Positions 8,036 to 14,770 of a DNA stretch of 24,000 nucleotides are shown here, piece by piece. The notes beneath the pieces were generated by a model. That model saw nothing but the letters and a program-made list of their open reading frames with translations, made no database searches and was not told the DNA's origin. The DNA is from Hydrogenimonas sp. GTDB lineage: Bacteria > Campylobacterota > Campylobacteria > Campylobacterales > Hydrogenimonadaceae. A program made the translations under genes and the position numbers. The stretch covers positions 2,035,747-2,059,746 of the forward strand of contig AP019005.1 in the NCBI GenBank assembly GCA_003945285.1. The letters run 5' to 3'. Position 1 is the stretch's first letter; every line of letters starts with the position of its first letter.

Positions 8036-9311
8036 GAATCTCCCTCACCACCTCACGGTCATCAAACGGAACTCTCTTGCCGCCTATCTCCTGCCAGCTC
8101 TCGTCTCCCTTTCCGAGTATCAGCAGCACCTCGTTCGGCTCCAACTCCGCAAGTGCCCGCTCTATCGCGGCTCTGCGGTCCACGATCTTCTCCATTTTTC
8201 GGCTATCCTCCACCCCTTCGGAGATTTCGTCGATGATTTTGGCCGGATCTTCGCTTCGCGGGTTGTCGCTCGTAATGTAGACCTTCTTAGCCATAGAGGC
8301 GGCCGCGCGCCCCATAGCGGGGCGTTTCGTTGCATCCCTCTCTCCCCCGGCACCGAAAACCACCCGAATCTCCTTCTCTTTCAGGGAGTCCAGAACCTGG
8401 CGGATTCCATCTTCGGTGTGGGCAAAATCCACAATCACCAGAGGATCTTCACTCACAATCTCCATTCTTCCCGCGACTCCGCCGAAGTTTTCCGCAGCAT
8501 CACAGATGTCGGCCAGATCTTCATCGGTAAGAATATGTACTGCCGCAACGGCTGCAGTTATGTTATAGAGATTGAAAAAACCGTGAAGTGAAGTTTCAAG
8601 CGGCAGAACGGTCTCGAAGTGCTTAAGCACCCCGCTTACTCCCCCCTCAAGCGTATAGGCCATTATCTTGTATGTCGCCGGATTCTCTATACCGTATCCG
8701 AAAGCGTTTTTCGGGTTGAATTTCAAAATCTCCTCATCCCGGTTTATCAGCTTCTTTCCCTCATCCTGAAAAAAGCTGCTCTTTACGGCCCTGTATGCCT
8801 CGAGCGATCCGTGATAGTCGAGATGGTCACTGGTTATATTGGTATGTATCTTGAGAGAGAACTCTATACCGCCGATCCGCTCCTGCTCAATGGCGTGCGA
8901 ACTAACTTCCATCACGAAAAATTCGCAGCCTCTCTTTTTCGCCTCGTACATATGTGCGAATGTAGCGAGTGCGGGAGGGGTCGTCAGGGTTTTCGGCTCC
9001 ACCCTCTCGTCGTTTATGAAGAGCCCTCTTGTCCCCTGTAGGGCCGCTTTGTAGTCAAGATCGAGAAGTATGGAGTAGATAGCCGCGGCAGTGGTCGTTT
9101 TGCCGTTCGTCCCTGTAACGCCTACGACATCCAGTTCATCCAGTTTCAGTGATCTGTAGAGCTCTTCGACACATATGGTTTTCGAGCCTCTCTCCAGAGC
9201 TTCTCTCTCGAATCGCGCGTTCTGTGCGGTCAACAGGAAGAGTCTACCCTCTCCCGCTTCGCGGCTGTCATCGGTAACAGTCCCTACAGCACCTCCGAAA
9301 TCTACAGTCAA
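8022..9311 (-). CDS. murE: UDP-N-acetylmuramoyl-L-alanyl-D-glutamate--2,6-diaminopimelate ligase
   Basis: 429 aa. Mur-ligase P-loop GVTGTNGKTTT and the MurE-specific DNPR motif (ITSDNPRSEDP). TTG start at 9311 directly after the upstream stop, so the exact start is uncertain. Confidence 0.92.
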   Translation of the reverse strand: MTVDFGGAVGTVTDDSREAGEGRLFLLTAQNARFEREALERGSKTICVEELYRSLKLDELDVVGVTGTNGKTTTAAAIYSILLDLDYKAALQGTRGLFINDERVEPKTLTTPPALATFAHMYEAKKRGCEFFVMEVSSHAIEQERIGGIEFSLKIHTNITSDHLDYHGSLEAYRAVKSSFFQDEGKKLINRDEEILKFNPKNAFGYGIENPATYKIMAYTLEGGVSGVLKHFETVLPLETSLHGFFNLYNITAAVAAVHILTDEDLADICDAAENFGGVAGRMEIVSEDPLVIVDFAHTEDGIRQVLDSLKEKEIRVVFGAGGERDATKRPAMGRAAASMAKKVYITSDNPRSEDPAKIIDEISEGVEDSRKMEKIVDRRAAIERALAELEPNEVLLILGKGDESWQEIGGKRVPFDDREVVREILSRR

Positions 9312-9313
9312 GA

Positions 9314-9892
9314 TCAGCCTTTGATCTTTTCGATAAGGTCCTGAATTCTCTCCTCGCCGGGGTAGGCGACGGCAGCACCTTCGATATAGCGCATCGCCAT
9401 CTCGTTGAAGCCGTTGTCGACAAGCTGCTGAAGAAAGTCGAGCAGATCCTCCTTCTCGGTAATGACCACTTTGGTCGAGAACATAATATCTTCGAATGCC
9501 CGCCTGAAACTGCCTCTAAGAGTAACGAGCTCCTTGAAGTCACCGTAGGTGATACCCTCCGCAGCTTCGTCACGCACGAAGAGACTGCTCTCGAGCAGAT
9601 CGGAGATCTTCTCCAGTGCATTATCGAGTGAGCCTATCATATCCTCGATAATACGCTCGGCATCCTCCTGACCCTCATCTTTGAGGACCTGGTAGTACTC
9701 GAAGAGTGCCTGCGCCTCCTCGTCGTTCTCCAGTGCGATATCGCTCAAAATGGCTCCGATTCTCGCCTCTTCCAGTTGAGGACAATCTTTGAGCAATATT
9801 CCGTACATTCTCAAAGCTTCATCGTAGTCACCTCTGTAGAAGAGGTTCTCAGCCCGATCGAGAATTTTTCTGTTCTCTTTGTTTATCATCAT
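9314..9892 (-). CDS. conserved hypothetical helical protein with TPR-like N-terminal repeat
   Basis: Acidic, predicted all-helical. LFYRGDYDEALRMYGILLKDCP resembles a TPR helix pair. I chose ATG 9892 (MMINKEN...), 4 nt after the upstream stop. The ORF-track start at 9940 would overlap the NifU-like gene. Confidence 0.6.
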   Translation of the reverse strand: MMINKENRKILDRAENLFYRGDYDEALRMYGILLKDCPQLEEARIGAILSDIALENDEEAQALFEYYQVLKDEGQEDAERIIEDMIGSLDNALEKISDLLESSLFVRDEAAEGITYGDFKELVTLRGSFRRAFEDIMFSTKVVITEKEDLLDFLQQLVDNGFNEMAMRYIEGAAVAYPGEERIQDLIEKIKG

Positions 9893-9896
9893 TTTC

Positions 9897-10175
9897 CTAT
9901 TCCATCTTGTCCCACTGGTCTTCAAGACCGACCGGAACACTTATAACTTCTATCTCCGGATGAATATCCATGCGCATCTGTCGCTCGACACCGTACTTGA
10001 TGGTACTGCCGCTGCTTGCGCACCCTACGCACGCCCCCTGCAGCTGGACATAAACTTTCCCGTTCTTCACACCGAGAAGTTTTATATCACCGCCGTCTAG
10101 AGCAAGTGACGGGCGAACTTTTTCGATCACGTTTTCCACTGCCGGGTAAAGATCTTCATCACTGAATGGTATCAT
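9897..10175 (-). CDS. NifU C-terminal-domain (Nfu-type) Fe-S cluster scaffold/carrier protein
   Basis: 92 aa. VRPSLALDGGDIKLLGVKNGKVYVQLQGACVGCASS carries the Nfu CxxC motif. Confidence 0.85.
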   Translation of the reverse strand: MIPFSDEDLYPAVENVIEKVRPSLALDGGDIKLLGVKNGKVYVQLQGACVGCASSGSTIKYGVERQMRMDIHPEIEVISVPVGLEDQWDKME

Positions 10176-10212
10176 ATCTATCGTCCTAAAATCGTAATCG
10201 TATAGTGTAACT

Positions 10213-10241
10213 ATAATATCAAAAAAGTTTTGATTTTACAA
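10213..10241 (-). promoter_or_regulatory. putative sigma-70-type promoter for the nfu-hypothetical-murE unit
   Basis: Minus strand reads TTGTAA (10236-10241) - 17 nt - TATTAT (10213-10218), with TGn immediately upstream of the -10 box (extended -10). It sits about 38 nt upstream of the ATG at 10175. Confidence 0.35.
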
Positions 10242-10284
10242 CCGGGAGAGGATCTAGTTTCGAGAGTTTGGGAGAAATATATCA

Positions 10285-10302
10285 TCGGGGCACAAGCCCC
10301 GA
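10285..10302 (-). terminator. putative intrinsic terminator after rplQ (end of the alpha operon)
   Basis: The hairpin (tcggggc/gccccga on the plus strand) is a 7-bp GC-rich stem with a 4-nt loop, 9 nt downstream of the rplQ stop. On the minus strand it is followed by TGATATATTTCTCC, which is only moderately U-rich. Confidence 0.45.
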
Positions 10303-10310
10303 AAGAAGAA

Positions 10311-10661
10311 CTATACCAGTTCTATAATTGCCATCTCTGCGGCATCACCGCGTCTTTGGCGAGTCTTGATTATTCTTGTATATCCGCCGTTTCGTTCGGC
10401 ATACCTGGGAGCTATCTCCTCTACAAGTTTCTTGGTGGCCGCCTTGTCCTGCAGCTTTGCAAAGACTGCACGGTGAGCGTTGAAATCACCGGCTTTCGCA
10501 CGCGTCACAAGCTTCTCGAAAACACTTCTCAGGGTTTTCGCCTTTGCCAGAGTGGTCTCGATACGACCGTTCTGGACCAGGGCGATTGAGAGGTTTTTAA
10601 GAAGAGCTGCGCGATGAGCGGATGTACGGCTCAGTTTTCTGTATCCATGTCGATGTCTCAT
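10311..10661 (-). CDS. rplQ: 50S ribosomal protein L17
   Basis: 116 aa. [24 protein letters not shown] is the canonical L17 N-terminus. Confidence 0.96.
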   Translation of the reverse strand: MRHRHGYRKLSRTSAHRAALLKNLSIALVQNGRIETTLAKAKTLRSVFEKLVTRAKAGDFNAHRAVFAKLQDKAATKKLVEEIAPRYAERNGGYTRIIKTRQRRGDAAEMAIIELV

Positions 10662-10664
10662 CGT

Positions 10665-11678
10665 CTATCCTTCATTCTTGTTTTTTTCTTGCTCTATCTT
10701 TTTCTTAAGCTGTCGTTCGGCCTCTTCATCGAGTTTTGAGCCCGTCGGGAAACCGATCTCTTCGAGCTTCTCCTTTATCTCCTCGAGCGATTTTTTGCCG
10801 AGATTCTTTATCTCTTTGAGTTCGTTTTCACTCATCAGTGCCAGTTCACCGATAAATCTCAAACCTGCGCGCTCCAGTGAGTTGAAGCTTCTTGCGCTGA
10901 GCCCAAGAGACTCCAGCCCCTGCATAAGCTGTTTCACAATCGGACTCTCCGATGCGGAAGAGCTCTCTTCGGCCGCAACGTCTATATCGAGGATATTATT
11001 GAATACCGACATCTGCCGATACATCACTTCCAGCGTATTTTTGAACGCCGTCACAGGATCGATCTGGCCGTCGGTCTCAATATCGAATACGATCTTCTCG
11101 TAGTTGGGGTTGTCCTCTACGAGCATATTTTCGATTGTATAGTTCGCGGCTCTAACGGGAGTGAAAAAGGCATCGAGGCTTATGTATCCTTCAGGAAGAG
11201 AGTCTCTCAGCTCTTCACTCGGAACGTAACCGATTCCCTGATGAATGAGGAGCGAGAAGTTCAACTCCGCGTCCTCGTTCAGTGTTGCAAGGAATCCGTC
11301 CGGAGTCACCACCTCAACCTCATCGTTGTTCAGGTCTGAGCCCTTGATCTCAACAGGACCGGAGAAGCTGTAGTTCACTTCGACCTTTTTCTCGTCACCT
11401 TTGAGCTTGAAACGGAGGTTCTTGAGGTTAATTATGAAAACCGCAACATCTTCCAGCATTCCGCGTACTGAATCGAACTCGTGAGATGCCCCCTCTATCT
11501 TCACACCGATCGGAGCATATCCGATCGTACTCCCGAGAAGCAGTCGCCTTATCGGGTGGGCCAGTGAAACGGCATAGCCCGTCTCGAACGGGTAAGCAGT
11601 TATGCGAACCTTATTGGTGCCTGTCTGCTCGATGTTCACTTCACTCGGCATAAACGGTGATGTTTTTATTCTATTCAT
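10665..11678 (-). CDS. rpoA: DNA-directed RNA polymerase subunit alpha
   Basis: Strong colinearity with Campylobacter RpoA (e.g. [90 protein letters not shown]). ATG at 11678 (MNRIKTSPF...) preferred over the TTG at 11684. Confidence 0.97.
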   Translation of the reverse strand: MNRIKTSPFMPSEVNIEQTGTNKVRITAYPFETGYAVSLAHPIRRLLLGSTIGYAPIGVKIEGASHEFDSVRGMLEDVAVFIINLKNLRFKLKGDEKKVEVNYSFSGPVEIKGSDLNNDEVEVVTPDGFLATLNEDAELNFSLLIHQGIGYVPSEELRDSLPEGYISLDAFFTPVRAANYTIENMLVEDNPNYEKIVFDIETDGQIDPVTAFKNTLEVMYRQMSVFNNILDIDVAAEESSSASESPIVKQLMQGLESLGLSARSFNSLERAGLRFIGELALMSENELKEIKNLGKKSLEEIKEKLEEIGFPTGSKLDEEAERQLKKKIEQEKNKNEG

Positions 11679-11699
11679 GGGCAACTCGCTTTTTAACTA

Positions 11700-12326
11700 T
11701 TATTTAGAGTAAAGCTCGACGATCAAGCGCTCTTCTACAGGGATAACTACCTCTTCACGTTCCGGAATACGCGTAAAGATACCAAACAGCTTAGTTTCGT
11801 CAACATCGACCCACGGTGCCATCCCGGTCTGCTTCGTGAGCTCCATAGCCCGTAAAATCTGCGGGTTCTTCTTGCTCTTTTCACGCACCTCTATCTTCTG
11901 TCCCGGCTTTACTCTGTAGGAAGGGATATTTACACGCTTTCCGTCTACAAGTATATGGCCGTGAGTCACAAGCTGTCTCGCGAACGCACGTGTTGTCGCA
12001 AAACCCATTCTATAGACAACGTTGTCTAGTCGTCTCTCAAGCAGAGAGATCAGATTCTCTCCGGTGTTACCTTCCATTCTGTTGGCATCTTTGAAGAGTC
12101 TTCTGAACTGCTTCTCCGCAACTCCGTACATATACTTCGCCTTCTGTTTCTCTCTGAGTTGCAGTCCGTACTGGCTTATCTTGGTTCTTCTCTGTCCGTG
12201 CTGTCCGGGAGCGTACGGTCGTTTGTCGATTGCGCTCTTTCCCGCCAGTCTTCTTTCGCCTTTGAGTCCGAGACTCACACCAAGGCGACGTTCGATCTTT
12301 TCTACCGGTCCTCTATATCGTGCCAT
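11700..12326 (-). CDS. rpsD: 30S ribosomal protein S4
   Basis: 208 aa. [19 protein letters not shown]... is the canonical S4 N-terminus, with a C-terminal S4 RNA-binding domain. Confidence 0.97.
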   Translation of the reverse strand: MARYRGPVEKIERRLGVSLGLKGERRLAGKSAIDKRPYAPGQHGQRRTKISQYGLQLREKQKAKYMYGVAEKQFRRLFKDANRMEGNTGENLISLLERRLDNVVYRMGFATTRAFARQLVTHGHILVDGKRVNIPSYRVKPGQKIEVREKSKKNPQILRAMELTKQTGMAPWVDVDETKLFGIFTRIPEREEVVIPVEERLIVELYSK

Positions 12327-12335
12327 CTCTTCCCC

Positions 12336-12728
12336 TTATACTCGTCTTCGTTTAGGCGGCCTGCACCCGTTGTGCGGCAGCGGTGTAATATCTTTCAGAA
12401 ACAGAACACGTATCCCCTCTGTGGCACCGACACTCTTGATAGCGGTTTCACGTCCGCTTCCGGGGCCCTGTACTTTTATTCCGACCTCTTTAATTCCGTG
12501 CTCTTTCGCTTTTGTAAGAGCGTCCTCCACCGCCTGCTGCGCAGCATACGGCGTAGACTTCTTGCTGCCTTTGAAGCCGAGAGATCCCGCACTGCTCCAT
12601 GAGATCACGTTGCCCGCTTCATCCGTCACGGTGATGACGGTGTTGTTGTATGTCGCACTTATGTAGACAACACCGCGCGCGATATTCTTTTTTACTATCT
12701 TTTTTCTTGTTGCTTTTCTTTTCGCCAC
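12336..12728 (-). CDS. rpsK: 30S ribosomal protein S11
   Basis: 130 aa. [49 protein letters not shown] start with AAGGAG 6 nt upstream. Confidence 0.97.
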   Translation of the reverse strand: MAKRKATRKKIVKKNIARGVVYISATYNNTVITVTDEAGNVISWSSAGSLGFKGSKKSTPYAAQQAVEDALTKAKEHGIKEVGIKVQGPGSGRETAIKSVGATEGIRVLFLKDITPLPHNGCRPPKRRRV

Positions 12729-12738
12729 TGCCTACTCC

Positions 12739-13107
12739 TTACTTGCTTGCCGCGCCGACTGTTTTACGCTTACCTTTGCGTGTTCTCGCATTGGTTTTCG
12801 TCTTCTGTCCACGTACAGGAAGGCCGCGCCTGTGGCGCAGACCGCGGTAACTGCCGAGGTCCATCAATGACTTGATATCCATAGCGACTTTCTTTCTCAG
12901 ATCTCCTTCGACCATATAGTTCTTCTGGATCTCGTTTCTGATCGCCGCGGCCTCCTCCTCACTCATCTCATGCACGCGCTTGTCGTAACTGATACCGGTT
13001 GCGTCGAGAATCTTTCTCGAAGTGGTCAGTCCGATACCGTATATATATGTGAGCGCATACTCCAGACGTTTCTTTTTAGGTAGATCAACACCTGCAATAC
13101 GTGCCAT
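12739..13107 (-). CDS. rpsM: 30S ribosomal protein S13
   Basis: 122 aa. [26 protein letters not shown]... is canonical S13. Confidence 0.97.
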   Translation of the reverse strand: MARIAGVDLPKKKRLEYALTYIYGIGLTTSRKILDATGISYDKRVHEMSEEEAAAIRNEIQKNYMVEGDLRKKVAMDIKSLMDLGSYRGLRHRRGLPVRGQKTKTNARTRKGKRKTVGAASK

Positions 13108-13109
13108 GC

Positions 13110-13223
13110 TTATCCTTGTCTCTGTTTATGTTTTGGGTTTACACAGATAACGCGAACAATGCCTTTTCTCTTGATGATCTTGCATTTGTCGCACATCTTC
13201 TTGACCGACGGTCTAACTTTCAT
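13110..13223 (-). CDS. rpmJ: 50S ribosomal protein L36 (not in the supplied ORF track because it is under 60 aa)
   Basis: Hand translation of the minus strand from the ATG at 13223 gives [37 protein letters not shown]. That is 37 aa with the CxxC...C...H zinc-ribbon pattern. AAGGAG sits 6 nt upstream (spacer TTTTAG). The TAA stop lies 2 nt before the rpsM ATG. Confidence 0.93.
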   Translation of the reverse strand: MKVRPSVKKMCDKCKIIKRKGIVRVICVNPKHKQRQG

Positions 13224-13225
13224 CT

Positions 13226-13236
13226 AAAACTCCTTC
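13226..13236 (-). repeat. proximal copy of the 11-nt direct repeat GAAGGAGTTTT (minus-strand reading), which is the functional rpmJ Shine-Dalgarno
   Basis: Plus-strand aaaactccttc at 13226-13236 is identical to 13709-13719. Confidence 0.8.
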
Positions 13237-13422
13237 TATGCCGTTTTCCGGACTGAATCCGAAAAACCACGATGACTCTGCGTCCGACCAGACAACAGGC
13301 CCGCCGTAAAATACGGCTTTGCCGAGTCGCTGTACAACTGCTCAGACACACCTGAATAACTCTCACACCGTTCGCGACAACACTCTGATCCGGTCGTTCA
13401 CCGGGAGCTCAAGTGCCTACAA

Positions 13423-13435
13423 ACCGCACTCAAGC
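13423..13435 (-). repeat. copy 2 of the exact 13-nt repeat GCTTGAGTGCGGT (minus-strand reading)
   Basis: Plus-strand accgcactcaagc at 13423-13435 is identical to 13519-13531, offset 96 nt. It forms the 5' arm of the 10-bp hairpin at 13407-13435. Confidence 0.8.
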
Positions 13436-13518
13436 CCGCCTTGCCGGTTCACATGCCTCTATCCGGACCTCTCCGGACAGTGCAGGAGTCAATATGCCGG
13501 TGGTTATTGCAGAGCAAT

Positions 13519-13531
13519 ACCGCACTCAAGC
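13519..13531 (-). repeat. copy 1 of the exact 13-nt repeat GCTTGAGTGCGGT (minus-strand reading)
   Basis: Plus-strand accgcactcaagc at 13519-13531. AGTGCGG can pair with CCTGCACT about 40 nt downstream on the RNA (7 bp including one G-U), enclosing the 13505-13519 hairpin. Confidence 0.8.
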
Positions 13532-13708
13532 TTGTCGCTATAAGAGACAAAAACAGACTGCTTGTTGCAGACCGCCAACTGCCCGCTTCCTTCAAAGAAG
13601 CACTCTCTGTTTTGCACCGAACGATTCCAAAAGAGTCGGAATCCCCCTGAATTTAGGTTTGGCGAGTTACGGCCAAACCGACCCTTGCATAAACAGTGCG
13701 ATTTATGC

Positions 13709-13719
13709 AAAACTCCTTC
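13709..13719 (-). repeat. distal copy of the 11-nt direct repeat GAAGGAGTTTT (an orphan SD-like sequence)
   Basis: Plus-strand aaaactccttc at 13709-13719. No start codon at a proper distance follows it on the minus strand; there is only a TTG 2 nt after the GGAG. Confidence 0.8.
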
Positions 13720-13742
13720 ACATAGATGGAAAAGGGGATGGA

Positions 13743-13748
13743 ATTATA
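13743..13748 (-). promoter_or_regulatory. putative internal -10 box (perfect TATAAT) just downstream of infA
   Basis: Minus strand reads TAA GCTGTAAGTTGGCTTAATATATAATTCC. TATAAT lies at plus coordinates 13743-13748, 20 nt after the infA stop, in an AT-rich context. No spaced -35 box. Confidence 0.3.
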
Positions 13749-13767
13749 TATTAAGCCAACTTACAGC

Positions 13768-13986
13768 TTACTTATACCTGTAGGTTATCCGTCCCTTGTC
13801 CAGGCTGTAGGGAGTCAGTTCGACTTTTACCCTGTCACCGGGAAGTATTCTTATGTAGTGCATACGCATCTTTCCGGCTATATGGCACAAAACCACATGT
13901 CCGTTTTCAAGCTCCACACGAAACATAGCGTTAGGAAGCGCCTCTATAACCTTGCCGTCTATCTCAATAACATCATCTTTTGCCAT
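13768..13986 (-). CDS. infA: translation initiation factor IF-1
   Basis: 72 aa. [72 protein letters not shown] is canonical IF-1. AAGGAGG upstream. Confidence 0.97.
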   Translation of the reverse strand: MAKDDVIEIDGKVIEALPNAMFRVELENGHVVLCHIAGKMRMHYIRILPGDRVKVELTPYSLDKGRITYRYK

Positions 13987-14011
13987 TTTTCCTCCTTCTT
14001 TGCCGATACAC

Positions 14012-14770
14012 TCACGATTTCGAGAGAATCTCGGCTCTGTTGTCGACTATCGCCACAGTATGCTCATAATGGCTTCCGCGAAATCCGTCTCCACAGACTA
14101 CCGACCACTTATCTTCCAGAATCTTCGGCGTCCCGCACTTTTGGCAGATCATAGGCTCGAGACAGAAGACCATGCCGTTCTTGATTTTGGGACCGCTTTT
14201 GGCAGACCCGTGCTCCAGATAGTTGGGTATCTCCGGCTCCTCATGCGGTTTACGGCCTATGCCGTGGCCGCAAAAGTTATGAAGCGGCTCAAACCCTCTC
14301 GACCTGATGAACTTTTCCAGTTCAAGGCTGAGCTCCTTGAATCTCATACCGGCCTTTATGATATCTATCGCATGATAGAGCGCATCTTTCGCACAGGCTA
14401 TAAGACGCTCATCCTCTTCACTTATTCTGCCTATAGGAATCGTGATTGCCGCATCACCGTACCAGCCGTCAAGCTCCGTGCCTATATCGAGGCCGAGAAT
14501 ATCACCCTCTTTGATTTTTGTATCGTCCGGAATGCCGTGGATGATAACTTCATTCAAAGAGGTGCATACCGCCGCAGGAAAGCCGTAGAGACCTTTGAAC
14601 GAGGGTTTCGCCCCTTTTGAACGGAGAAACTCCTCGCCCATCGCATCTATCTCTTTCAGGGTCATACCCGGCTTTATACTCTCCTCGAGATACCGAAGAG
14701 TTTCGCCTACGATCCTGTTCGCACGCCGAAGTTTCTCTATTTCGGCGGGCTTCCGGATCGCTATAGACAT
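14012..14770 (-). CDS. map: type I methionine aminopeptidase
   Basis: 252 aa. Motifs [38 protein letters not shown] and HYEHTV contain the metal ligands. Confidence 0.96.
   Translation of the reverse strand: MSIAIRKPAEIEKLRRANRIVGETLRYLEESIKPGMTLKEIDAMGEEFLRSKGAKPSFKGLYGFPAAVCTSLNEVIIHGIPDDTKIKEGDILGLDIGTELDGWYGDAAITIPIGRISEEDERLIACAKDALYHAIDIIKAGMRFKELSLELEKFIRSRGFEPLHNFCGHGIGRKPHEEPEIPNYLEHGSAKSGPKIKNGMVFCLEPMICQKCGTPKILEDKWSVVCGDGFRGSHYEHTVAIVDNRAEILSKS

Larger units (their letters stand above)
13224..13767 (-). ncRNA. candidate structured noncoding RNA or very long structured 5' leader of rpmJ-rpsM-rpsK-rpsD-rpoA-rplQ (family not recognised)
   Basis: 544 bp with no credible ORF inside an otherwise gap-free operon. 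At least 9 hand-foldable helices on the minus strand, given in plus coordinates:
- 13685-13710: 9 bp stem, 8-nt loop
- 13656-13679: 8 bp stem, 8-nt loop
- 13623-13643: 6 bp
- 13505-13519: 6 bp
- 13459-13480: 9 bp with a GAGG tetraloop
- 13407-13435: 10 bp
- 13303-13317: 6 bp
- 13244-13265: 8 bp plus a bulge
- long-range 7-bp pairing of 13374-13380 with 13532-13538

Several helices contain G-U pairs only when read on the minus strand. In the 100 nt I counted (13401-13500) the plus strand has 39 C and 25 G, so the minus-strand RNA is G-rich. Confidence 0.45.

Noticed and set aside
12022-12666. 214-aa and 147-aa plus-strand ORFs opposite rpsD and rpsK. Similar long antisense ORFs lie at 13952-14620 (opposite map), 17132-17791 (opposite rplF/rplR), 17526-18086, 8013-8591 and 8619-9041 (opposite murE).
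   Set aside because: All are shadow ORFs on the antisense strand of strongly supported genes. They have Ser/Leu/Pro/Arg-rich low-complexity translations and no ribosome-binding sites.
13504-13710. 68-aa minus-strand ORF inside the spacer (MHKSHCLCKGRFGRNSPNLNSGG..., Cys-rich and basic), plus the overlapping plus-strand ORFs between 13319 and 13783.
   Set aside because: The minus-strand ORF starts with a TTG only 2 nt after the GGAG of the orphan SD, which is too close. It runs straight through three consecutive perfect hairpins and has a low-complexity, non-protein-like composition. The plus-strand ORFs overlap one another in different frames, lack SDs and are antisense to the operon. None resembles a known family. 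A micropeptide cannot be fully excluded without Ribo-seq.
13224-13767. Whether the infA-rpmJ spacer is a known housekeeping RNA: RNase P RNA, tmRNA, SRP/4.5S, 6S, a group II intron domain V, a hammerhead, or a TPP riboswitch.
   Set aside because: The diagnostic strings are absent on both strands. There is no GGAAAGUCCGG or ACAGAAnnCGGCUUA (RNase P), no tRNA-like acceptor/T-arm with a CCA-proximal end (tmRNA), no GGAAGCAGCC-type SRP domain IV and no CUGAUGA core. The AGCCGUAUUUUACGGC hairpin is too short for group II domain V. GCUUGAG and AGUCCGG fragments resemble RNase P pieces but occur in the wrong order and context. Only a covariance-model search can settle this.
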